A stretch of 64,000 bases of DNA, taken from assembly GCA_038087875.1 (NCBI GenBank), contig CM075996.1, positions 3,846,001 to 3,910,000 on the forward strand. The letters are read 5' to 3'. Source of the DNA: Malacoraja senta (lineage: Eukaryota). Each line of letters starts with the position of its first letter. Position 1 is the stretch's first letter. A program made the translations under genes and the position numbers. Positions 24,634 through 35,314 of this stretch are shown here, in pieces. The notes under the pieces are model-generated. The model was not told the DNA's origin, did not search any database, and was given only the letters and a program-made list of their open reading frames with translations.

Positions 24634-27282
24634 ATAACATATTCTTTGGTAGCTTAGGGGTCTTTGTCTTGCTTTTTCTTATTTTTCTCTCTTTCTTCCT
24701 CTTCTTTTTTCTCTCTTCTTTTCTTCTTTTTAAAAAAAAAAAAATTGATTTAGGTTCTAATGTTAAAAATGAAGTTGTACAATAAGTGTACAACTGTTAT
24801 GTCGATCGCCATATCCTTGTACAATCGCTTCTAATAGAATTAATTTTTTTTTTAAAGAAAAAAACTGGGATAACATGGAACTAGTGTACGGGTGATCGAT
24901 GGTCAGCATGGACATGATGGGCCGAAGGGCCCGTGTCCGTGCTGCAGCTCTAAACTAAATGTAATGAGGGGCCGACTCAAGAGGAGATGTCCATCCAGAA
25001 TGTAATAGCTGGGAAGTGTGTAGAGTGTGGTAGCTTCGTGCTTGCAAATCCCAAATTGAACTAGTGTGGACACAAGACAACTGACGAAAGGTGTCGACCC
25101 GAAACGTCGCCCATTCCTTCCCTCCAGAGATGCTGCCTGGCTTGCTGAGTTACTCCAGCATTTTGTGCCTATCTTTAGCAGTTTAAACCAGCATCTGCAC
25201 TTCCTTCCTCCACCTTCCGGGTCTCGTTGCTCACCACAGGTCTACTGGAGGAGTGCAGAACCTTCCATTCTGTGCTGCCCCGCGGCTTTACAAAGCAGAA
25301 AGAATGGCCATGGCACTCCAGAGTAGAAGGCAAGTCTACACGACCAAACAGAGGCTGCACAAGATGGCCCAGTGAAATCCTCAACACACATTGGAAAGGA
25401 AAAGAGAAATTCCAGATCATTTCTCCAGCCCATGAACCTCATTTATAAGGTTGTAACTGACAGGAACAGAATCAGGCCATTCAGCCCATCAAGTCTACTC
25501 CGCCATTCGATCATGGCTGATCTATCTCTCCCTCCTAACCCCATTCTCCTGCCTTCTCCCCATAACCGACACCCGTACTAATCAAGAATCTACCTATCTC
25601 TGCCGTAAAAAATATCCACTGACTTGGCCTCCACAGCCTTTGGTGGCAAAGAATTCCACAGATTCGCTGCAGTCTGACAAAAGAAAATCCTCCTCATTAA
25701 AAATATCTCCATTCCATTTCATTTCTCCATTACAGCAATTTGTCCGCGTGTGTGTGTGTGTGTGTGTGTGCATGTTTTTTATTCAGCTTTGACAAACATC
25801 ATCAGTCCATCAGCAAAACCCTAAATTATTTTTTTAAATTCTGTATACTTTAGGCTTTTATAAGTTCTGATAAAGAAAATAGGCCATATCTAACCACAGT
25901 GCATTCTTGCAGTGTTTCTTAGTATTTGATTATATCTGTTCCTGGAATTCACTTCAATAGAGATAAAGCAGTTTCTTCAAACCACAGAGCTCCAAGACAA
26001 CCTGTCAGAGCTCCGTTACCCTGGTCTAGTTAGATTTCGCAATGATAAGACTTAAAGGGGAAGTCCACAGGGTTGGTCCGTGGATATCTTCAGAAGCTCA
26101 GGTGATTTAGCTTAAGTGAGTGCCAGCATATGGAAGATTAGTTGAGTTTGGTTTAGAGATACAGCACGGAAACAGGGCCCTTCGGCCCCACCGAGTCTGC
26201 ACTGACCAGCGATCCCCGCACACGAACACGTTACCCTAACGCACACTGAGGACGAATTTACATGTAGACCAAGCCGAGTAACCTGCAAACCTGTATGTCT
26301 TTGGAGTGTGGGAGGAAACCGAAGATCTCGGAGGTGACGGGGAGAATGTACAAACTGTGTACAGAAAGCACCTGTAGTCAGGATCGATCCCAGGTCTCTG
26401 GCGAGTGAAAGGCAGCAGCTGTACCGCTGTGCCATCGTGCATAGGCCTTAAGTAGGCCGGAGGCCACATCTTCACATACGGAAGGGTGACTATTTACTTC
26501 TTTGAGTCTTTGGTTCTTCTCAAGCAACCCATGTTGTTCCAGCTCTCTATTCTTTCCTCATATTACTTTCTCCTTCAATTATTTATCAAAGTTTATCCAT
26601 CTGGGCAGAGTATGCCAAATCTCAAAGGCACTCCTACCCGGAGGACATAAATCTACGGACGGACGGCATTTCGGAACGGGACCCTTCTTCAGACACTGAT
26701 GGGTGGGTCCAAAGAACGATCCTGACCTGAAACGTCGCCTGTCCATTCCCTCCAAGGCCAGCAGCATAATCAAGGACGGCCACTCCCGCTTCTCCCCTCT
26801 CCCATCGGGCAAGAGGTACAGAAGTGTGAAAACGAACGCACTCCTCCAGATTCAGGGACAGTTTCTTCCCGGCTGTTATCAGGCAACTGAATCATCCTAC
26901 CTCAACCAGAGAGCAGTGCTGAACTACTATCTACCTCATTGGAGGTTGTATATGCTGTATGTCATGTTGTTACTTGTGGGTGGAGCACCAAGGCAAATTC
27001 CTTGTATGTGAATACTTGGCCAATAAATGTACTTACCTACTTACTTACTTATCGGAATACCTTTGATCAGACTTTACTGGATTTTATCTTGCACTAAACG
27101 TATTCCCGTTATTCCTTTCATCATGTATCTGTGCACTGTGGATGGCTTGAGTGTAATCATGTATTGTCTTGCATTGGGCTGAAGGATCAGCTGTGTGACT
27201 CCATTTCCATTTCCATCTTTCACAACGATTCCATGAACGGCTTGTGACCTTCTGAATAGTGATTTATTTGTAGCTTAGATTT

Positions 27283-28918
27283 GATTAGTTTAGAGATACA
27301 TCGCGGAAAAAGGCCCTTCGGCCCACCGGGTCCACGCCGGCCAGCGATCCCCGCACATTAAAACTAGCCCACTCACACTAGGGACAATCTTACATTTACA
27401 CCAAACCAATTATTCCCTAACTTCAAATAGTCCTCGCTCTCCCACTCTCTCCATCCCCTCCTCCTTCCCAGTTCTCCCACCAGTCTTACTAACTCCAACC
27501 ACATTCTATCTCTATCTCTGTCCCGTCAACAGTCTGAAGAAGGGTCTCGACCCAAAAACGTCACCCATTCCTTCTCTCCAGAGATGCTGCCCGTCCCGCT
27601 GAGTTACTCCAGCATTTTGTGTCTACCTTCGATTTCCTTCATAATTAACCTACAAACCTGCACGTCTTTGGAGTGCGGGAGGAAAGCGAAGATCTCGGAG
27701 AGAACCCAAGCAGGTCACGGGGAGAGCGTACAAACTCCGTATAGACAGCACCCGTAGTCGGGATCGAACCCGGGTCCCTGGCGCTGTGAGGCAGCAACTC
27801 TACAGCTGTGCCATCGTGCTGCACTAGTGGAAACATCCTCTCCACATCCACTCTATCCAGGCCTTTTCTGGACAGGATAGAATCTTGCGCCTTGGGTTAA
27901 TTTGATCAGTGGTGAAGGACTGTGAGAGGCAGGTATCTACCGGGGAGCTGACGTGTAGGAATCTCTAAGGTACACAAAAATGCTGGAGAAACTCAGCGGG
28001 TGCAGCAGCATCTATGGAGCGAAGGAAATAGGTAACGTTTCGGGCCGAAACCCTTCTTCAGTGTAGGAATCTCTGTCTTGTTTAACAGATACAAGTGAAA
28101 GAGTTAATGGCTTGGATAATCTCTGAAGTGACAACATGGTCCAATTTGCTTCTCTGGAATTTTCCCTGCACTTTAGGGGATTCCCTGTTCATCAGATCTT
28201 TGAGATGTTATATCCCGATAACAGCCTTGTCACCGTTATCATTCACTGGCCTCGTTTGCACGGTGGCGCAGCGGTAGAGTCGCTGCCTCACAGCGCCAGG
28301 GTCCCAGGTTCGATCCCGACCACGGGCGCTGTCTGTAAGGAGTTTGTACGTTCTCCCCGTGACCTGCGTGGGTTTTCTCCGCGATCTTCGGTTTCCTCCC
28401 GCACTCCAAAGACGTACAGGTTTGTAGGTTAATTATGAAGGAAATCGAAGGTAGACACAAAATGCTGGAGTAACTCAGCGGGACAGGCAGCATCTCTGGA
28501 GAGAAGGAATGGGTGACGTTTCGGGTCGAGACCCTTCTTCAGACTGATGTCAGGGGACAGAGATAGAGATAGAATGTGGTCGGGGTTAGTAAAACTGGTG
28601 GGAGAACTGGGAAGGAGGAGGGAATGGAGAGAGAGAGAGGGAAAGCAAGGGCTATTTGAAGTTGGAGAATAATTGGTTTGGTGAAAATGTAATATTGTCC
28701 CTAGTTGTGAGTTGTCCCTAGTTGTAGTGCGGAGTTTGAACGTTCTCCCCGTGACCGCGTTTCCTCCCTCACTCCAAAGGTTTACAGGTTAATTGGCTTG
28801 GTATAATTGTAGATTGTCCCTAGTGTGTGTAGGAAAATGTGAGGGTGCGGGGATCGCTGGTCGGCGCGGACCTGGTGGGCCGGTGGGCCTGTTTCTGCTC
28901 TATCTCTAAACCAAACGA
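27283..28918. repeat. Inverted pair of composite SINE copies carrying the same nested insert
   Basis: Arm 27283-27822(-) and arm 28255-28918(+) share identical insertion junctions (GTAGGTTAATT|ATGAAGGAAATCGAAGG.. and ..CTATTTGAAGTT.G.GAA|TAATTGGTTTGGTG). Confidence 0.85.
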
Positions 28919-30045
28919 AACATGGATCATCCAGGTTCTCCAGAGATGCTGCCCGATCTGCTGATTACTCCAGCACTTTGCATATTTACCAGCACCTGCG
29001 GTTCCTTGTTTCAAAACTCTGCTGCAAGTGAGTAACGCAAACATCAATGCGCAGCCTCAAGCGCATAATTAATACAAATACATTTATTTTGTTCGACAAT
29101 AAATATTCTGTACATGTAAACTGAACAGCTAAAATGCACAGTGCAAAATGAAAATCCATCAAGCAAACAGAAAAACTTCCAGGCATGTCACTAAGAACAC
29201 GATCAACATATAGAAGATAAGGTACAAAGTGCTGGAGTAACTCAGCATCTCTGGAGAGAAGGAATGGGTGTCAATTTGGGTCAAGACCCTTCTTCGGTTC
29301 AAAGAGCAGAAAGACAATACATGATTACAATCGAGCCATTGACAATGCATAGATACTTGATATGGGAATAACGTTTGGACCTCAACGGGGTCCAAATGAC
29401 AAATTTGTCCAAAAGACAAATAAATTGTATTGTATTATTGTATTGTATTGTTTAGCACAAGGTAAAGCCAGCAAAGTCCAATCAAGTGTTTGAGAAGGAA
29501 TTGCAGATGCTGGAAAATCGAAGGTAGACAAAAGTGCTGGAGAAACTCAGCGGGTGCAGCGGCATCTATGGTGATATGGAGATCTATGGTTGTAGTTCCT
29601 TCGCTCCATAGATGCTGCTGCACCCGCTGAGTTTCTCCAGCACTTTTGTCTACCTTCGAAAGTCCAATGAAGGATTGTCCGAGGGTCACCAAAGAGGTAG
29701 ACAGTAGTTCAAACCCAAACCCCCCCCCAAAAAATAGATTCCAGTTGGCAAACAATGAGTGAATCTCACTCTCAGAAAGAATTAAGACGTCAGCCATACT
29801 GGTCACATCATGAGACCCACTTCCTTCAGTGCCTGTCGAGAGTTGGTGAGCATTCGCTGCTGTGTCCCCCATGACCCATGCACTTCCCTAATGCCAGGTA
29901 TCCTGAAAGACGGCACATCATCCTACCACAACCAGACAGCACAGTGCTGAAATACTATCTACCTCTTTGGTGACCCTCGGACTATCCTTGATTGGACTTT
30001 GCTGGCTTTACCTTGCACTAAATGTTATTTCCTTATTTCCTTATT

Positions 30046-30430
30046 CTTATAGAAACGTACAAAATTCTTAAGGAGTTGGACAGGCTAGATGCAGGAAGAT
30101 TGTTCCCGATGTTGGGGAAGTCCAGAACAAGGGGTCACAGTTTAAGGATAAGGGGGAAATCTTTTAGGACCGAGATGAGGAAAACATTTTTCACACAGAG
30201 AGTGGTGAATCTCAGGAATTCTCTGCCACAGAAGGTAGTTGAGGCCAGTTCATTGGCTATATTTAAGAGGGAGTTAGATGTGGCCCTTGTGGCTAAAGGG
30301 ATCAGGGGGTATGGAGAGAAAGCAGGTACAGGATACTGAGTTGGATGATCAGCCATGATCATATTGAATGGCGGTGCAGGCTCGAAGGGCCGAATGGCCT
30401 ACTCCTGCACCTATTTTCTATGTTTCTATG
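30046..30430 (+). mobile_element. CR1 3' fragment
   Basis: LIETYKIL..RTRGHSLRI..FKRELD..GYGEKAG. Other copies of this type lie at ~5151-5480(-), 9828-10120(+), 12745-13045(+), 17766-18137(-), 31712-32086(+), 35962-36310(+), 37272-37787(-), 40966-41382(-) and 62492-62931(-). Confidence 0.88.
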
Positions 30431-32934
30431 TTTATCTATATACCTGTAAATGGATCGATTGTAATCATTGCAATGTCTTTCTCGACCCGAATCGTCTCGA
30501 CCCGAAACGTGACCCATTCCTTCTCTCCAGAGATGCTGCCTGTCCCGCTGAGTTACTCCAGCTTTTTGCGTCGATTTTCAGGTTTAGCGAGGAAATTGGA
30601 AAATTTAATGCGTTACAATTCGGATTGACAATAATCAATAAGTTAGAATAGAATTAGCTAAGATTGTGGATTTTAATCGGGTTTTTTTCCTCCCAATAAC
30701 TTTGCATCAACAGTTGGCATATGAACTTTCTTAAGAAATATAACGAAGAACATAAAATAAGTATTACGATGAAATGTTCTAACAAGCCAAACTCGCACTC
30801 ATTTTTCAGAGTTTACATTCAATCTGAGTACTTCCCTCAGCTGGACTGTGTTACCTTGATCAGGCAATGAGTGGTCTCAACCCGAAACGTCACCCATTCC
30901 TTTTTTCCAGAGATGCTGCCTGACCCGCTGAGTTACTCCAGCACTTTGTGTCTATTTTCGGTGCCAATCATAAGATCATAAGTAATAGGAGCAGAATTAG
31001 GCCATTCAGTCCATCAAGTCTACTCCGCCATTCAATCATGGCTGATCTATCTCTCCCTCCTAAATCCCGTCTCCTGCCATCTCCCCATAACCTCAGACAC
31101 CCGTACTAATCAATAATCTATCCTGATCTATCTTGGTGTAATGCAGCATCTGCAGTTCCTTCCTACACATTGGTTATAATAATGTTTAGTTTAGTTTAGA
31201 TTAAAGATACAGCGCGGAAACAGGCCCTTCGGCCCACCGAGTCCGCGCCGACCAGCGATCCCCGCACTCTTACACTATCCTACACACACTGGGGACAATT
31301 GTTACATTGATACCGAGCCAATTAACCTACAAACCTGTACGTCTTTGGAGTGTGGGAGGAAACTGGGGAAAACCATGCTGGTCGCGGGGAGAACGTACAA
31401 ACTCCGTACAGACAGTACCCGTGGTCAGAATCGAACCTGGGTCTCTGGCGTGGTGAGGGGGCAACTCTACCGCTGTGCCACTGTGCTGCCCAGGTGAAGG
31501 CTATTCAGCCCATCGTGCCTGTGAGCTACCTATCCCAACCCCATCTGTTACTCCAAGTCCTGCAGGTCACAGATCTGAGTAAGTATTCTGGTGTATGTTT
31601 TATTTGAAACGTATCGAGTGTTTCTGCCATCTCCCCTTCAAGCGGTGAGTTCCAGACACCCATCCACCGGGTGAAAAGATGTTTTCCTTCTCTTCCCTCT
31701 AACCTGCCGAATAAGATTGTTAAGGACTTGGACACGCTAGAGGCAGGAAACATGTTCCCGATGTTGGGGGAGTCCAGAACCAGGGGCCACACAGTTTAAG
31801 AATAAGGAGTAAGCCATTTAGAACGGAGACGAGGAAACACTTTTTCTCGCAGAGAGTGGCGAGTCTGTGGAATTCTCTGCCTCAGAGGGCGGTGGAGGCA
31901 GGTTCTCTGGATGCTTTCAAGAGAGAGCTAGCTAGGGCTATTAAAAATAGCGGAGTCCGGGGATATGGGGAGAAGGCAGGAACGGGGTACTGATTGGGGA
32001 TGATCAGCCAAGATCACATTGAATGGCGGTGCTGGCTCGAAGGGGCCGAATGGCCTACTCCTGCACCTATTGTCTATTGTCTATTGCCTACTTCAAGCTT
32101 TAAACTCATGCCTGCTCTGAATTGAAACTCAATCCAGCGAAACAGACTGGTGTTTGTTCTATCGAGGCTCCTTGTAATTTTATGGACTTCAATTTAAGAT
32201 TCCCCTCAGCATCCTCTGTTTAAAACTTAACATCCCCGCTCCAAGCCGGTGTGGTCTGCGGTCGATGAGGGGACCATCGTGAAGGGAGGGGGGGGTGGGG
32301 GAGGGGAGGGGGAAGGACAATGAATAATGGAGGACTTTGCCTGGGGAGACGGCCATGAGGTGGGGGGGGGGAGGAGGAAGCAACAATGGAGGAGATGGAG
32401 GAGGTACTTTGTAACTTTTGTCAGCGTCCTTTATGTGGCGACTATTCGCATACCTTGCAAAGACTTTCACTGTGCCTTGACACATATGACAATACAGTAT
32501 TCCATTCATATCTCTCCACCCAACATTGTTCTGATCACCATGGTTACTCATTTGCCACTTCTCACCGCACCGGTTCGACTTTTACATCTTTAAAACGATG
32601 CATCAAAATATATTAATTTATATCATTAAAATGTTGAACGGAATTATATTGCAGGCTGCTTCAGCTTCAGATGGAACCTCGAAAAGCCACGGCCTTGCAT
32701 TGGCAACGATTTGCGTGAAAGAATTGACCGGAGGCACTCAGTACTCTCTCGTTTGTGCCCCTTGTTCTCCCGGTGAGTGTCTGTTTTATCGTGGAGCGTG
32801 TTGGCTCCAAGCCGCACTTATGCGAAAGGGTCCCGACTCCTGGCTCCACGTCGCCCGTAATCCGTAGCACTCAGCGCTCGCTCCCCTTCGATAGCCCAAA
32901 CTGGATTCGGTGCCGTGGGGCGGACTGAGCACGA

Positions 32935-33126
32935 GATGCCCAGATCTTCATTTGAAGATGCCTTGATCTTCATCTGAAGATGCCCTGGTCTTCATCTGAA
33001 GATGCCCTGGTCTTCATCTGAAGATGCCCTGGTCTTTATCTGAAGATGCCCTGGTCTTCATCTGAAGATGCCCTGGTCTTCATCTGAAGATGCCCTGGTC
33101 TTCATCTGAAGATGCCCTGATCTTCA
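32935..33126. repeat. 22-bp minisatellite (GATGCCCTGGTCTTCATCTGAA) x ~8.7 in the putative SOCS1-like 3' UTR
   Basis: Read directly; near-perfect copies starting about 100 nt downstream of the stop codon. Confidence 0.95.
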
Positions 33127-33224
33127 GCTTGCCTCCGCTGTGCTCGGACAGTAGTCACGATGAACTGGTTCATCCGCCATGACAAGAGGAAAAGACTTCC
33201 TTCACCCTCGTGCCTTCATCCGAG

Positions 33225-33818
33225 TTATATCTTGAATGGAAACTCCTCGATGTACTTCTGGAGACTGGGCATCAGGGGAAGTTTAGCCACGCCATCCCTC
33301 CCAAAGTGGCGGATGATATTCCTCCTGCAAAGCTGCTGCAGTTTGGGCACGGGGTCTTTCCGCAGCGGCGAGGTGAAGACGATGGCGTTGCCCCCGTCGA
33401 ACACGAAGGGCTTCCCGCGGCTGCAGTCCACGCAGTGCTCCAGCAGCTTCACGATGCAGTCAAAGTGGGCGTTGTCGAACCAGAAGAGCTCCCTCTTGAA
33501 CTGCACCCGCATGCTGACGGGCCCCCTGCGGGCACGGACGCTGAGGCTGAACAGGTGGTCGGACCGGGTGCTGTCGCGGACCAGGAAGGTGCCCAACGGC
33601 TGCGCTGCCAGCAGGGCGTGGGCCTTGTCCACGGGCAGCGGGCCCCAGTAGAAGCCGCTCTCCTCCAGTCGACGCAGGCTCCGCTCCACCACCCCCCACT
33701 CCTCGTCGTGGAAGATGCGGAAGCGGGTGGTGGGCTCCGGTGGTGGGCTCCGGAGGCGGGGCGGGCCGGACCGTCGCACGCTTGCCGGGGCAACCAGGTG
33801 AGACCTCCCTCCGATCAT
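33225..33818 (-). CDS. Suppressor of cytokine signalling 1-like protein (KIR-ESS-SH2-SOCS box), 197 aa
   Basis: Intact single-exon ORF with KIR-like TRFRIF, GFYWGPL, SH2 core GTFLVRDS, FSLSVR..GPVSMRVQF, FDCIVKLLEH, SOCS box PKLQQLCR..LPLMP..YIEEFPFKI. There is an in-frame upstream TGA. An acceptor (cacacAG, AG at 33880-33879) lies 60 nt 5' of the ATG. Confidence 0.93.
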   Translation of the reverse strand: MIGGRSHLVAPASVRRSGPPRLRSPPPEPTTRFRIFHDEEWGVVERSLRRLEESGFYWGPLPVDKAHALLAAQPLGTFLVRDSTRSDHLFSLSVRARRGPVSMRVQFKRELFWFDNAHFDCIVKLLEHCVDCSRGKPFVFDGGNAIVFTSPLRKDPVPKLQQLCRRNIIRHFGRDGVAKLPLMPSLQKYIEEFPFKI

Positions 33819-33819
33819 C

Positions 33820-33852
33820 TCACAGACACCACCAGCTCCACGGAGGTCCCAT
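33820..33852 (-). promoter_or_regulatory. Upstream ORF (MGPPWSWWCL*) in the 5' UTR of the SOCS1-like gene
   Basis: ATG at 33852 in acgATGG context (A at -3, G at +4). The TGA ends at 33820, 1 nt before the main ATG at 33818. Confidence 0.65.
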
Positions 33853-33989
33853 CGTCAACCTCTGTCTCGGTAAACGTCCTGTGTGTGGGTGGGGGGGGGG
33901 GGGGGAAGAGGACAGTGTTACCAAAGTGTTACCAAAACGTCTGAATTCACTGGTCGGGGTGGAACCCTCTCCAAGACAGACGTGAAGCT

Positions 33990-34331
33990 CACTGTTTGAC
34001 CTGTTTTAACAAAATGTTAAATGGTCAGCTCGACATAGATTACAAAACCTACACCAAACCCAAACCAATTAGGAGCAGACGAGGGCATTCGATCCAATTT
34101 GTGATTCCAGCTACCAAGACAGATGTGTACAGCAATTCATTCTTCCCCCGCACAATTAAAGCATGGAATAATCTCCACCCTACCATAGTTACCCAACCAG
34201 ATGCAACTAAATTTAAGGTAGCTCTTTCTTCCCAAAAACCCTTTCTGGCTTAAGTCCTCCCTCCACCACCTCCAGTTTAAATTCCATTTGGAATATTTTG
34301 GAGGACCAAGAACCAAGAACCAAGAACCAAG
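33990..34331 (+). mobile_element. Divergent CR1/L2-group LINE 3' end with (CCAAGAA)n tail
   Basis: RSRRGHS..YSNSFFPRTIKAWNNL..FKVAL C-terminal motif and a tandem 7-nt tail at 34306-34331; lies in the SOCS1-like intron. Confidence 0.7.
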
Positions 34332-34819
34332 ACAGATGCATGAGATAAAACCCGTCTTTTATAGAGGTGCGTAAAATCACGAGGGGAATACCTTGCAGGG
34401 TCTCTTGCCCAGAGTAAGGGGAAACATAGAAAATAGGAGCAGGAGGAGGCCATTCAGCCCTTCCAGCCAGCACCACCGTTCAATATGATCATGGCTGATC
34501 ATCCAAAAATCAGTAACCCATTCCTGCTTTTTCCCCCATAATCCCTTGATTCCGCTAGCCCTAAGAGCTAAATCTAACTCTCTCTTGAAAACAAGGGGAA
34601 AATCGAGAACCAGAGGACAGAAGGTTAAGGTGAAGATGGACCATTGGAAACTATATTGAGTTCATGTCGGTGACTTTGTCGACACACTATACGTGGCGAC
34701 TCTTTGCATATTTGTGTATTGTATGAACCAGAACCAGGGGCCACAGTTTAAGAATAAGGGGTAAGCCATTTAGAACGGAGACGAGGAAACACTTTTTCCC
34801 CACAGAGAGTGGTGAGTCT

Positions 34820-35314
34820 ACAGGTGCACAGTAGAGAGCATGCTGACCGGTTGCATCGTGGCTTGGTTCGGCAACTTGAGCGCCCTGGAGAGGAAAAGAC
34901 TACAAAAAGTAGTAAACACTGCCCAGTCCATCATCGGCTCTGACCTCCCCACCATCGAGGGGATCTATCGCAGTCGCTGCCTCAAAAAGGCTGGCAGTGT
35001 CATCAAGGACCCACACCATCCTGGCCACACACTCATCTCCCTACTACCTTCAGGTAGAAGGTACAGGAGCCTGAAGACTGCAACGACCAGGTTCAGGAAC
35101 AGCTACTTCCCCACAGCCATCAGGCTATTAAACCTGGCTCGGACATAACACTGAACTTTACTAGCCAATACTGTTATTTGCACTTTATCAGTATATTGAC
35201 CATTGTGTATATATTTATAGAATGCCTTGTAGTCAATGCCTACAATGTTCTGTTGTGCTCAAGCAAAGCAAGAATTTAATTGTCCTACCAGGGACACATG
35301 ACAATAAACTCACT
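34820..35314 (+). mobile_element. Rex1/Babar-type LINE 3' fragment nested in a CR1 tail
   Basis: LTGCIVAWFGN..LQKVVNTAQSIIG..DPHHPGH..LLPSGRRYRS..RFRNSYFPTAIRLLN. TGAGTCT is duplicated at both junctions of the host CR1 (34735-35530). Confidence 0.88.

Noticed and set aside
25200..25450. Possible exon of a duplicated EMP gene next to the duplicated intron segment
   Set aside because: No frame shows PMP22/EMP similarity or a convincing splice-bounded exon.
33160..33944. Plus-strand ORFs of 163 and 244 aa and a minus-strand alternate-frame ORF
   Set aside because: These are shadows of the GC-rich SOCS1-like CDS with no recognisable domains.
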